51,152 nucleotides of DNA, taken from contig CAZHRY010000005.1 in NCBI GenBank assembly GCA_964535065.1, forward strand, positions 1 to 51,152, written 5' to 3'. The stretch's first letter is position 1; each line of letters starts with the position of its first letter. The stretch comes from an uncultured Actinomycetes bacterium. Its GTDB lineage: Bacteria; Actinomycetota; UBA4738; HRBIN12. Position numbers and translations under genes: made by a program. The notes beneath the pieces were generated by a model that was not told the origin of the DNA, did no database searches, and saw nothing but the letters and a program-made list of their open reading frames with translations. Shown one piece after another: positions 1 to 8,421 of this stretch.

Positions 1-820
1 CCGGCCAGTAGACGGCGTGGAACCGCAGGATGTCCTTCCCGATCGAGTGGATGTTGGCCGGCCACAGGCGGGCGAACCGGTCGGAGTCGTTCGCGTAGCC
101 GGCCGCGGTGATGTAGTTGGTCAGGGCGTCGAACCACACGTAGGTCACGTGTTTGGGGTCCCAGGGGATCGGCACCCCCCAGTCGAACGTCGTGCGGCTG
201 ATGGAGAAGTCCTGAAGCCCTCCCTTGATCAGCGAGACGACCTCGTTCCTGCGGGTGTCCGGCTGAACGGCCTGCGGGTTCGCCTCGTAGTGCTCGAGGA
301 GCCTCTCTCGATACGCGGAGAGGCGGAAGAAGTAGTTCTCATCCCTGAACAGCTCGACGGGCCGCTCGTGTACGGGGCACAGCTCGCCGTCCAGGAGGTC
401 GTCCTCCGTGTAGTAGCCCTCACACGACACGCAGTAGAGGCCTTCGTAGTGATCGAGATAGATGTCGTCCCTTCCGTTCTCGTGCACGGCGTTCAGCAGC
501 TTGGCAACGGCCTCGTAGTGCCTGGGCTCGGTGGTCCGGATGTAGTCGTCGTAGGCGATGTCGAGGCGAGCCCAGACCTCCCTCCACTTGGGCTCTAGGA
601 AGTCGGTCCACTCCTTCGGGCTCATGCCGTGCGCCTCGGCCTTGCGCTTGACGTTCAGCCCGTGCTCATCTGTGCCGGTCAGGTGGAAGACCTCCTCGCC
701 CCTCAGGCGGTGGTAGCGAGCGATGAAGTCGGTGGCCACGGCGTTGTACCCGTGCCCGATGTGGGGCACGTCGTTCGCGTAGTAGATAGGCGTCGTGATG
801 TAGAAGGCGTCCCGGCCCAT
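1..820 (-). CDS. metG: methionine--tRNA ligase, N-terminal part (gene continues past window start)
   Basis: Absent from the ORF track because it is open at the window edge. Hand translation from ATG (complement of 818-820) gives MGRDAFYITTPIYYANDVPHIGHGYNAVATDFIARYHRLRGEEVFHLTGTDEHGLNVKRKAEAHGMSPKEW..., with the class I aaRS HIGH motif and a MetRS-type N-terminus. ORF 17..598(+) is its antisense shadow. Confidence 0.9.
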   Translation of the reverse strand, partial: MGRDAFYITTPIYYANDVPHIGHGYNAVATDFIARYHRLRGEEVFHLTGTDEHGLNVKRKAEAHGMSPKEWTDFLEPKWREVWARLDIAYDDYIRTTEPRHYEAVAKLLNAVHENGRDDIYLDHYEGLYCVSCEGYYTEDDLLDGELCPVHERPVELFRDENYFFRLSAYRERLLEHYEANPQAVQPDTRRNEVVSLIKGGLQDFSISRTTFDWGVPIPWDPKHVTYVWFDALTNYITAAGYANDSDRFARLWPANIHSIGKDILRFHAVYWP

Positions 821-843
821 GGCTCGCACATGCTACCCAGGGC

Positions 844-1665
844 TCAGGAACGGCGCCTGATAGAGACCCGGTACAACTCGTTGGCGCTGACCCCATGGCG
901 CTCGGCCACGGCGTGGGCGGCGTCCCGCTTGCGCATACCCTCGGCCACCAGCTCGGCCATCTCGTCCACGCAAGCCTGCATGTCGGGAGCCGGCGTCTCC
1001 CGCCGGCCCTCCACCACGACCACAACCTCGCCCTTCAGCTCGCTCAGCTCGGATAGGACATCGGAGATCGACCCGCGCACGACCTCCTCGTGAAGCTTGG
1101 TCAGCTCGCGGCAGACGGCGACCTGCCTGTCGCCGAACGCCACCATCAGGTCGCGAAGCAGCGTGTGTGCCCGCACGGGCGATTCGAAGAACACGAGAGT
1201 CCGCGGGTCGTGGGCGAGAGCCTCCAGGCGCGCCATGCGCTCGCCCTGCTTCTTGGGAGCGAATCCCTCGAAAGCGAAGCGGTCGCTCGGGAGGCCGGAG
1301 ACGGCCAGCGCAGCCGTGACGGCAGAGGGCCCCGGCACGACCCTCACGGCGATCCCTTCGTCCAGACACGCCCTCACGAGCCTGTACCCCGGGTCCGAGA
1401 CGAGCGGCATCCCTCCGTCGGAGACGAGCGCGACCGACGTGCCAGCGTGCAGCTCGCGAACGATCTCGGGGGTACGTGCCCTTTCGTTCGCATCGAAGAG
1501 GGACACGAGCCGTTTGTGGAGGCCGAGACCCTGCAGCAGGCGGCCGGTCCGGCGCGTGTCCTCGGCGGCCACCAGGCCGACGGCCTCGAGGGTCTCGACG
1601 GCTCTCCGGGTCATGTCGCCCATGTTCCCGATGGGCGTCCCGACGACGAAGAGCGTTCCGGCCAT
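844..1665 (-). CDS. rsmI: 16S rRNA (cytidine1402-2'-O)-methyltransferase RsmI
   Basis: ORF 844..1734(-). Tetrapyrrole-methylase-fold signatures LFVVGTPIGNMGDMT, AAEDTRRTG, VSDGGMPLVSDPG, VPGPSAV. Start trimmed to ATG 1665 (MAGTLFVV) because the longer N-terminus is R/P-rich. Confidence 0.9.
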   Translation of the reverse strand: MAGTLFVVGTPIGNMGDMTRRAVETLEAVGLVAAEDTRRTGRLLQGLGLHKRLVSLFDANERARTPEIVRELHAGTSVALVSDGGMPLVSDPGYRLVRACLDEGIAVRVVPGPSAVTAALAVSGLPSDRFAFEGFAPKKQGERMARLEALAHDPRTLVFFESPVRAHTLLRDLMVAFGDRQVAVCRELTKLHEEVVRGSISDVLSELSELKGEVVVVVEGRRETPAPDMQACVDEMAELVAEGMRKRDAAHAVAERHGVSANELYRVSIRRRS

Positions 1666-1732
1666 GCCCCGATGCTCCCACGCGCGGCGTGGACCCGGAA
1701 CCGCCCGGGGGCGTAGCCTGCCCGGCGCGCCC

Positions 1733-2143
1733 ATGGGTCACAAGGACTACTCGAGCACGCCGCTGTGGAAGAAGCTCGGCCTCGCGCCGGGCTGCCGGGT
1801 CCTGCTCTCGGGTGCGCCGGACGGCTTCAGGGACGTCTTGCTGGAAGGAGCGCCGGAGATCCGCCTGCTGTCCAGGGCGGCCGGGGACCTGGACGTGGCC
1901 GTGTTGTTCGTCACGCGGCTCCGCGAGCTGACGGAGCGGCTCCCCGACCTCGTACCCAGGATGGCGCCCGCAGGCGGCCTGTGGGTCGCGTGGCCGAAGA
2001 AGGCCTCCGGGGTGGGATCCGAGGTCGACTTCGGAGCCGTCCAAGCCGCGGGTTTGGAGGCGGGCTTGGTGGACAACAAGAGCGCATCCGTCACGGAGGT
2101 CTTCCAGGGCCTTCGGTTCGTGCGCCGCCTGGCGGACCGTTGA
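1733..2143 (+). CDS. DUF3052-family protein
   Basis: Last 136 codons of ORF 1097..2143(+), from ATG 1733 (MGHKDYSSTPLWKKLGLAPGCRVLLSGAPDGF...WVAWPKKASGVGSEV...). Matches my memory of actinobacterial DUF3052. The upstream part of the ORF is antisense to rsmI. Confidence 0.7.
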   Translation: MGHKDYSSTPLWKKLGLAPGCRVLLSGAPDGFRDVLLEGAPEIRLLSRAAGDLDVAVLFVTRLRELTERLPDLVPRMAPAGGLWVAWPKKASGVGSEVDFGAVQAAGLEAGLVDNKSASVTEVFQGLRFVRRLADR

Positions 2144-2196
2144 CCGGAACCGGCGACAGAAGCGTTGGCGCGCGTCCGCACCGGTACCCTGATGCG

Positions 2197-3759
2197 GTGC
2201 CTCCCCTCCTCGCGCGCCTGAACAGGCCGGTGGTCGCTGTCGTGGCCGTGACCGTCCTGGCGGGGTTCCTGCGCTTCGTTCACTTGGGGCACCCCGGTGA
2301 GCTGGTGTTCGACGAGGTCTACTACCCCAAGGCCGGGTGCATCCTGATCGGCTGGTCCGACGAGGTTTGCAAGATCGATTCCGACGACGAACGCTTCTGG
2401 CGCGAGGACAAGTGGGACGTCGGATCCTGGGTTCATCCTCCCTTGGGCAAGTGGCAGATCGGACTCGGCATCAAGGCCTTCGGGATGAACCCGACGGGAT
2501 GGCGCTTCACCTCCGCGCTGGCGGGAACCCTCGTCGTTCTCATGACCGCGGCGATGATCCAGCTCCTGTTCCGCAAGCCGGTGTGGACCTTCGTGGGCGG
2601 GACCCTGCTGGCGCTGGAGGGCCTGAACGTGGTCATGTCCCGAACCGCGATCCTCGACGTGCACCTGGAGCTATGGGTCGTGGCAGGCTTCCTGCTGCTG
2701 CTGCTCGACCGGCGCTGGATAGAGCGGAGACAGGAACGGGTAGACGCCGAGCGCGAGGCGTCCCGGGAGGACGAGGCGCGGCCGGAGGGGATGGAACCTG
2801 AAGGTCCCGCGCTGCCGGAGCCCCCGATGCGCGCCTGTTCGCCCGTGTTCCGACCCTACCGGCTCGCGGCGGGGGCCGCCCTGGGAGCGGCGACCTCCGT
2901 CAAGTGGTCGGGCGCGATGGCGCTCTTCGCGGCCGTGATCCTGTCCTACCTATGGGAGATCTCGCGCCGCCGCGCTCGCGGGGCCTCTCTGGGCCGGGCA
3001 ACGCTGTCGGCCTTCGGCTGGGAGTCGTTCGGCATGGCGCTGTCCTTCGTGGTCGTTCCGGCCGTCGTCTACATGCTGGTCTGGCTGCCCTGGCTGAACC
3101 ACTTCGACTGGAGCCTCCGCGAGTGGTGGGAGAGCCAGAAGGCGTCTTTCAGGTATCACCGCAACGGCCTGAAGTGGACGGACCTAGACCCGGACACCGG
3201 GGTGCAGACGCCCACGCATCCCTACTACTCCAGGCCCTGGGAATGGTTCTTCATGATCCGGCCGATCTCGTTCTTCGTGAAGGATCTGGGGCCGGATATA
3301 CAGCAGATCCACGGGATCGGGCATCCCCTGATCTTCTGGGCGAACGTCTTGGCCGTCCCGTTCGTGGCTTTCGCGTGGCGGCACCTGCGCGACTGGCGAG
3401 CCGGGTTCATCCTGGTGGCTTTCGCCTGCCAATACGTGCCCTGGTTCCTCGTCAGCCGGCCGACGTTCTTCTTCTATGCGCTCCCACTGACGCCCTTCAT
3501 GGTCATGGCGGTCACGTACATGTGCCGGCAGCTCTCCGACGCGACGATCGTGGTGCGCGATCGCGTGACCGGAGAGGTGGCCGTCAATCCCGAAACGGGT
3601 GAGCCGGCGGTGTCGCGTGCGTACGTGTACCGGCCATTCGTGTGGGCCTATCTGATAGCGGTGGTGGCACTGTTCGTGTGGTTCTGGCCGGTGTTCTCCG
3701 CGGGACAGATCAGCGACGTGAGGTGGCGGGCGATCGTGTGGTTCAACAGATGGATCTGA
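2197..3759 (+). CDS. pmt: polyprenyl-phosphate-mannose--protein O-mannosyltransferase (PMT/GT39 family, GT-C fold)
   Basis: ORF 1765..3759(+). Polytopic membrane protein with a loop-1 acidic motif FDEVYYPKAG, HPPLGKW, and many TM helices. Synteny with rsmI matches mycobacteria. Start placed at in-frame GTG 2197 just before the first TM helix and is uncertain. Confidence 0.8.
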   Translation: MPPLLARLNRPVVAVVAVTVLAGFLRFVHLGHPGELVFDEVYYPKAGCILIGWSDEVCKIDSDDERFWREDKWDVGSWVHPPLGKWQIGLGIKAFGMNPTGWRFTSALAGTLVVLMTAAMIQLLFRKPVWTFVGGTLLALEGLNVVMSRTAILDVHLELWVVAGFLLLLLDRRWIERRQERVDAEREASREDEARPEGMEPEGPALPEPPMRACSPVFRPYRLAAGAALGAATSVKWSGAMALFAAVILSYLWEISRRRARGASLGRATLSAFGWESFGMALSFVVVPAVVYMLVWLPWLNHFDWSLREWWESQKASFRYHRNGLKWTDLDPDTGVQTPTHPYYSRPWEWFFMIRPISFFVKDLGPDIQQIHGIGHPLIFWANVLAVPFVAFAWRHLRDWRAGFILVAFACQYVPWFLVSRPTFFFYALPLTPFMVMAVTYMCRQLSDATIVVRDRVTGEVAVNPETGEPAVSRAYVYRPFVWAYLIAVVALFVWFWPVFSAGQISDVRWRAIVWFNRWI

Positions 3760-3778
3760 ACGGATAGGCTGCGCCGCA

Positions 3779-5758
3779 GTGGCTCCTTCGCAACGCATCT
3801 ACGTATCCGCCCCGGACGGCGTCCGGCTCGCGGTGAGCCTGATCACCCCGGCGGGCGGGGGTCCCTGGCCCGCCCTCCTCGAGGCCCTTCCCTACCGCAA
3901 GGACGACATGACGGCCTCCTACGAGGACTCGTACCGTAGCTTCGCGAGCTCGGGGTACGCCGTGGCAAGGGTGGACGTGCGGGGAACCGGGTCGAGCGGA
4001 GGGATCGCAGAGGACGAGTACACGCTCGCCGAGCGAGCCGACCTGGTCGCGGTGATCGAGTGGCTCGCTTCCCAGGAGTGGTGCACGGGCGAGGTGGGGA
4101 TGTTCGGCACCAGCTACGGTGGATTCAACTCGTTGCAGGTAGCTGCCGAGCGCCCGCCGGCGCTGAAGGCGATAGTCCCGATCTTCGCGAGCGACGACAG
4201 GTTCGCCGACGACGTCCACTACTACGGAGGGGCCTTGAAGCAGCTCGACGTGATCGACTACCCGACCTACATGGTCGCGTTCAACGCGCTGCCTCCCGTG
4301 CCTTCGGTCTGGGGCGAGGGATGGCGTGAGGAGTGGGACAGGCGGGTGGAAGAGAACGAGCCCTGGATCCTGACCTGGCTGAACCACCAGCGGTACGACG
4401 ACACCTGGAGACGCGGTTCGGCGCGTGAGTACGCCGAACGGATCGAGGCCGCGACGATGATCGTGGCGGGTTGGGCCGACGGGTACACGAACATCGCGCT
4501 GCGCTCCTTCGAGGACATGACCTGTCCCGTGCGTCTCTTGATCGGCCCTTGGTCGCACGGAGACCCCGAGACCTGCGTGCCGGGACCGAACATCGACCTC
4601 ACGGCAGAGATGGTTCGCTGGTTCGACAGGTGGGTGAAGGGCTCGGAGAACGGTGTCGACGCCGAGCCCCCCATCGTCGTCTTCGCACAGCGGTCGACCC
4701 GGCCGGACCCGCTGCGGCGCGAGGTGCGCGGCAGGTGGAGGTACGAGCCGACGTGGCCGGCCGCGCGCCTCGCGCCGCAGCTCCTGTCCCTGGCAGCAGC
4801 GGAACCGGGCGGCATGGCGCTCGGGGGGGGCGTCGTGGACGATCTCGTCGTTCAGGGCGACACGGGAGTAACCGCATGGATCTCGTGTGCGGGTGGGCTC
4901 CCCTGGGGACAGTCCTCGGACCAGCGCGCCGATGAGGCCTTCTCCCTCACCTATACCTGGCCGGAACTAGACGGCGAACTCGAGATCTTGGGCCATCCGC
5001 GGCTGCATGCGCGTGTCAGGTCCAGCGCGCCCGTCGCGTTTCTGTCCGCGAAGATCTGCGACGTCTTCCCGGACGGGGAGTCCGCGCTCGTGGTTCGCGG
5101 CATGCTGAACCTGACGCACCGTGATTCACGTGAACGGCCCTCGCCTCTCGAACCGGGAGTGGCCTACGACGTTCAGGTCGAGCTGGAGGCCTGCTCATGG
5201 ACGTTCGAGCCGGGGCACCGCCTGAGGCTGGACATCGCCGGGACGGACTGGCCGAACGCGTGGCCGCCTCCGGGTCCGGTGACGCTGTCCATAGATCGTG
5301 CGGCCTCGCGCCTCGAGCTTCCGGTTCTGCATGGCCCCGAGCCCGTGGATGAGGCCCCCGATCTGCCGCCCTCTCCGCACCCGCAGTCCGACCCCGCCGC
5401 CCAGAGCCCCGAAGGATGGTCACGCTGGGAGGTGCGCACCGACCCCATATCCCGCGAACGGGTCGCCCTTGCCCGTTACGGCGGGGATGGCGGACCGGAT
5501 GGCGACGCGCCGGGCTTGCGCGGGGACTACGGGGGCGAGGTCGGGGTGTGCCTGACCGACCCCGGCAAGGCGTGGGCAGACGGATCCGCGGATCTCGAGA
5601 TCCGGTACCCGGAGGCCACCTGCGGAGCGCGCACCGAGGTGCGGGTGGACTCGGATGATCGGGCCTACCGGGTTCGCATCGAGCTGTGCACGACCGAGAA
5701 CGGCGAGGAGCGGAAACGGCGTTCGTGGGAGCGAACGATCCCGAGGGACCTGCAGTAG
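3779..5758 (+). CDS. CocE/NonD family hydrolase (X-Pro dipeptidyl-peptidase S15-like)
   Basis: ORF 3779..5758(+), GTG start. Motifs: LPYRKDD, ARVDVRGTGSSGG, nucleophile elbow GTSYGG, and a long C-terminal beta-sandwich-type domain. Confidence 0.85.
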   Translation: MAPSQRIYVSAPDGVRLAVSLITPAGGGPWPALLEALPYRKDDMTASYEDSYRSFASSGYAVARVDVRGTGSSGGIAEDEYTLAERADLVAVIEWLASQEWCTGEVGMFGTSYGGFNSLQVAAERPPALKAIVPIFASDDRFADDVHYYGGALKQLDVIDYPTYMVAFNALPPVPSVWGEGWREEWDRRVEENEPWILTWLNHQRYDDTWRRGSAREYAERIEAATMIVAGWADGYTNIALRSFEDMTCPVRLLIGPWSHGDPETCVPGPNIDLTAEMVRWFDRWVKGSENGVDAEPPIVVFAQRSTRPDPLRREVRGRWRYEPTWPAARLAPQLLSLAAAEPGGMALGGGVVDDLVVQGDTGVTAWISCAGGLPWGQSSDQRADEAFSLTYTWPELDGELEILGHPRLHARVRSSAPVAFLSAKICDVFPDGESALVVRGMLNLTHRDSRERPSPLEPGVAYDVQVELEACSWTFEPGHRLRLDIAGTDWPNAWPPPGPVTLSIDRAASRLELPVLHGPEPVDEAPDLPPSPHPQSDPAAQSPEGWSRWEVRTDPISRERVALARYGGDGGPDGDAPGLRGDYGGEVGVCLTDPGKAWADGSADLEIRYPEATCGARTEVRVDSDDRAYRVRIELCTTENGEERKRRSWERTIPRDLQ

Positions 5759-6353
5759 TGGAGAGGGCCGCCCTGCAGCGCCGGGCGCTGCTGCTGGAGT
5801 ACGCGACGATCGCCTGGAACCTGGGCGAGGCCGTCCTGACCGTGTGGCTAGGCATCGCGGCTCGGTCGCTGGCGCTCATCGGTTTCGGCACGGACTCCGT
5901 GATCGAGGTCTTCGCTTCGACGGTGGTGGTGTGGCACGTGCGCCCCGGCCACGAGGCGGACGACCCCGCTCGAACGCGCCTGCCCTCCGCCTCGTGGCCG
6001 GGGCGTTCGCCGCTCTCGCTCTGGTACTGGCGGCCGTGGCTGTCTACGATCTCACGGCCGGCCGCCGGGCCGGACACTCGCCGGCCGGGATCGCCTACCT
6101 GTCGATCACCGCGGTCGTCATGTTCTCGCTTGCCGTGGCCAAGAGACGCACGGCACGGGCCCTCGACTCCGCCCCGCTCCGGTCCGAGGCGTCGATGACC
6201 TTCCTTGACGGGCTCCTGTCGGTAGCGACGCTCACGGGGCTGGCACTCAACGCGGCCCTCGGCTTGTGGTGGGCCGACCCCGCGGCCGCGCTCGTGGTCG
6301 GCCTGGGCGCCGCGAACGAAGCACGGGAGACGTGGGAGGGATCCCTCGGCTGA
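5758..6353 (+). pseudogene. small cation-transporter (CDF-like TM domain only) gene with an apparent 1-nt frameshift
   Basis: GTG 5758 overlaps the upstream TAG (TAGTG). Frame 1 gives VERAALQRRALLLEYATIAWNLGEAV..LIGFGTDSVIEVFASTVVVWHV up to about 5975. Homology then continues only in the frame of ORF 5655..6353: ALRLVAGAFAALALV...KRRTARALDSAPLRSEASMTFLDGLLS...LGLWWADPAAALVVG..EARETWEG. Confidence 0.6.
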
Positions 6354-6370
6354 CCTGGCAGGAGCGGCCG

Positions 6371-6982
6371 TCAGGCCACGTCGGCGGAGCGCTGCCGCTT
6401 GGCCAGATGTACCGGCACGAGGTCCTCGTCGGTAAGAACCCTTCGCCTGGATGGCGCGATGAGCGGCTGCGGGATGTACGACTCCTGTGTCAGAGCGGCT
6501 ACCACGTACGGGTCGTCGCGGAACAGCTCCTCACGCTGCATGCAGACGACCACCCCGGCCCGGCCTGCGGCGAAAACGATCTGATGCAGCTCCGTCACGG
6601 CCGGATCCACGTACATCGGCGCCCGGAACAGCATGGAGAACGGCGGCACGGCCCCCGGATCGCAGTCCATGCAGTGCCGCCGGATCTCAACATGCGTCGC
6701 GAGCCGCGCCTGCGGATCGCCCAGCACGGCCCGGACCAGCTCCAGGTCCAGCGATCGGGCCGCCGGGATGACCATCAGCGCCGGACCCATGCGCCCGATA
6801 ACCAGCTCCGTCCGAACAAGCTCCGAAACCAGCACGCCGTGCGCCGCAGCGGCTCCCTCCAGGGATGACGCGTCGGGCACCGGGAGCACCAGGAAAGGTG
6901 TTCCACGTCCGACGAGGTAGTCCAGCACGGCGCGATGGTAACCCCGCGTCCGACCTGTTCCCGGTAGCGGCCTGCAGATCAA
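6371..6982 (-). CDS. YbaK/ProX-type aminoacyl-tRNA deacylase domain protein
   Basis: ORF 6371..7030(-). The pattern LVRTELVIGRMGPALMVIPAARSLDLELVRAVLG...PGAVPPF...YVDPAV...IVFAAG fits a YbaK/EbsC fold. Start trimmed to in-frame TTG 6982, which lies just after the upstream stop at 6990-6992. Confidence 0.7.
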   Translation of the reverse strand: MICRPLPGTGRTRGYHRAVLDYLVGRGTPFLVLPVPDASSLEGAAAAHGVLVSELVRTELVIGRMGPALMVIPAARSLDLELVRAVLGDPQARLATHVEIRRHCMDCDPGAVPPFSMLFRAPMYVDPAVTELHQIVFAAGRAGVVVCMQREELFRDDPYVVAALTQESYIPQPLIAPSRRRVLTDEDLVPVHLAKRQRSADVA

Positions 6983-6989
6983 GCGGAAC

Positions 6990-7730
6990 TCAGGAAGGCA
7001 GCCTGTCCCGGAACAGCAACCAGCCGGCACCGGCCCCCACGTCGAGCAAGAGATGCGCGACGACGAACGGCCACGCGCGCCGCCGGCGCGCGAAGAGCGC
7101 GCCGAACAGCAAGCCCATCGCGAGGTTCCCCGCGAACCCGCCCCACCCCAGATACAGGTGATAGCCGCCCCTGAGAAGGGCGCTCGCTCCCATCGCCACG
7201 ACCGCCGACGAGCCGGTCTGCTGCAAGCGAGTCATCAGGTACGCAAGCACGATGGTCTCTTCGACCACGGCTGCCTGCAGCGCGTTCATCACGAGCACGG
7301 GCACCGTCCACCAGTGACCCTCGGGCGGGGCTGGGACGACGAAGCGGTTGAGACCGAGCTCGACCGACCCCAGGTAGACGCCGATGCCCGCGACGCCGAC
7401 CACCGCGAAGAGCGCGAGCCCCTGCAGGGCGTCCCGGGCGGGCGAGTCCGTCGCGAGCCCGATGCCCCCGAGCCCCTCGCCGCTGCGCCGCACAAGGTGC
7501 CAGACGAGGGATGCAGGGGCGAGTCCGAAGACGAAACCCAGCACCTGGCGGCCGAACAGCGGGCTCTGGTCCGCGGACTCGACGGTCGCCCCCCGGATGG
7601 GCGCCTCGAAGAGGCTCAGGACCGCATAGGCGACGCTGGCAAGGAGCGAGACCGCCAGGACGGCGAGGACCTCTTCACGCAGCGCGCGCCGATCGGCCGG
7701 GGCACGCGGCACTTCTGCGAACCGAACCAT
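6990..7730 (-). CDS. CPBP family intramembrane glutamic endopeptidase (CAAX protease/Abi-like)
   Basis: ORF 6990..7730(-). Multi-TM protein with an EE motif (AAVVEETIVLAYL), a conserved His (GGYHLYLG) and HxxxD (VVAHLLLDVG). Confidence 0.8.
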   Translation of the reverse strand: MVRFAEVPRAPADRRALREEVLAVLAVSLLASVAYAVLSLFEAPIRGATVESADQSPLFGRQVLGFVFGLAPASLVWHLVRRSGEGLGGIGLATDSPARDALQGLALFAVVGVAGIGVYLGSVELGLNRFVVPAPPEGHWWTVPVLVMNALQAAVVEETIVLAYLMTRLQQTGSSAVVAMGASALLRGGYHLYLGWGGFAGNLAMGLLFGALFARRRRAWPFVVAHLLLDVGAGAGWLLFRDRLPS

Positions 7731-7803
7731 GCAGGGACCTTACGCGGCCGATCGGCGCGCGCCATCGGCTCGCGGGCCGCCGACCATGCGCAGCCGCGTC
7801 CCC

Positions 7804-8037
7804 TCAGAGCGAGAGGATCGGACAGGTAAGGGTCCGGGTGATCCCCTCTATCTCCTGCATGGGCATGACGGTTCCCTTGGCCAGCAGATCAAGGTCCCCG
7901 GCCTCGGCCTTCGCCACGATGTCGTACGGACCCGTCACAGGATCGACCGCGACGACGCCGTCGATCGAGCGGACCTGCTCTGCCACGTGGCCGGCCTTGC
8001 CGACCTCGGTCTGGATCAGGATGTATGCGCTGACCAT
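7804..8037 (-). CDS. stand-alone Lrp/AsnC ligand-binding (RAM) domain protein
   Basis: ORF 7804..8037(-), 77 aa. MVSAYILIQTEVGKAGHVAEQVRSIDGVVAVDPVTGPYDIVAKAEA... is typical of small AsnC-type RAM proteins. GGAGG lies 11 nt upstream of the ATG. Confidence 0.8.
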   Translation of the reverse strand: MVSAYILIQTEVGKAGHVAEQVRSIDGVVAVDPVTGPYDIVAKAEAGDLDLLAKGTVMPMQEIEGITRTLTCPILSL

Positions 8038-8053
8038 GGCCCCCGGTGCCTCC

Positions 8054-8338
8054 TCACGAGTCCTGGCCGGATCCTCCGGCGTCCTTCTTGAACAGACCCT
8101 TCGCCTTCCCGAACAGGCCGGACGCCACGTCCCCGGCCTTGTCGATCGCGGGCTTCGCCTTCTCGAGCCCCTGACCCGACTTCTCCTTGGCCTTGTCCAG
8201 CGCCGGCTTGGACTTCTCCTTCAGGTCGCCGGCGGCCTCCTTCGCCTTCTCCAACGCGGGTTTCGACTTCTCGGCCAACTCGTCCACCGCGTGCTTGGCC
8301 TTGTCGAGGAAACCCTTGCTGCTCTTCTCCTCGTCCAC
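8054..8338 (-). CDS. small Lys-rich repeat protein (MT0933/CsbD-like stress-protein flavour)
   Basis: 3' part of ORF 8054..9001(-). GTG 8338 is preceded by GAGGAGGA at good spacing (alternative ATG at 8389). Product VDEEKSSKGFLDKAKHAVDELAEKSKPALEKAKEAAGDLKEKSKPALDKAKEKSGQGLEKAKPAIDKAG... has internal KSKPAL(E/D)KAKE repeats. Confidence 0.6.
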   Translation of the reverse strand: MDEEKSSKGFLDKAKHAVDELAEKSKPALEKAKEAAGDLKEKSKPALDKAKEKSGQGLEKAKPAIDKAGDVASGLFGKAKGLFKKDAGGSGQDS

Positions 8339-8421
8339 TTCCGGTCCTCCTCGCTTCCTGAGGAAGCTTATGGTCCGGGCGCCTGACATGACTAGCAAAC
8401 CCGCAGGTACAGGGCACCCGT

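Noticed and set aside
17-598. 193-aa plus-strand ORF at the window start
   Set aside because: It is antisense to a clearly recognisable MetRS reading frame (HIGH motif). Its composition is V/G/R/P-rich, as expected for a shadow ORF.
833-2044. 403-aa minus-strand ORF (also 1090..1716(+), 1476..1931(+) and 1747..2664(-))
   Set aside because: It is extremely Arg/Gly/Pro/Ala-rich and is out of frame or antisense to rsmI, the DUF3052 gene and pmt, which carry real family motifs.
5016-6077. 353-aa minus-strand ORF
   Set aside because: It is antisense to the CocE/NonD hydrolase and the cation-transporter gene. It is R/P/S-rich with no recognisable motif.
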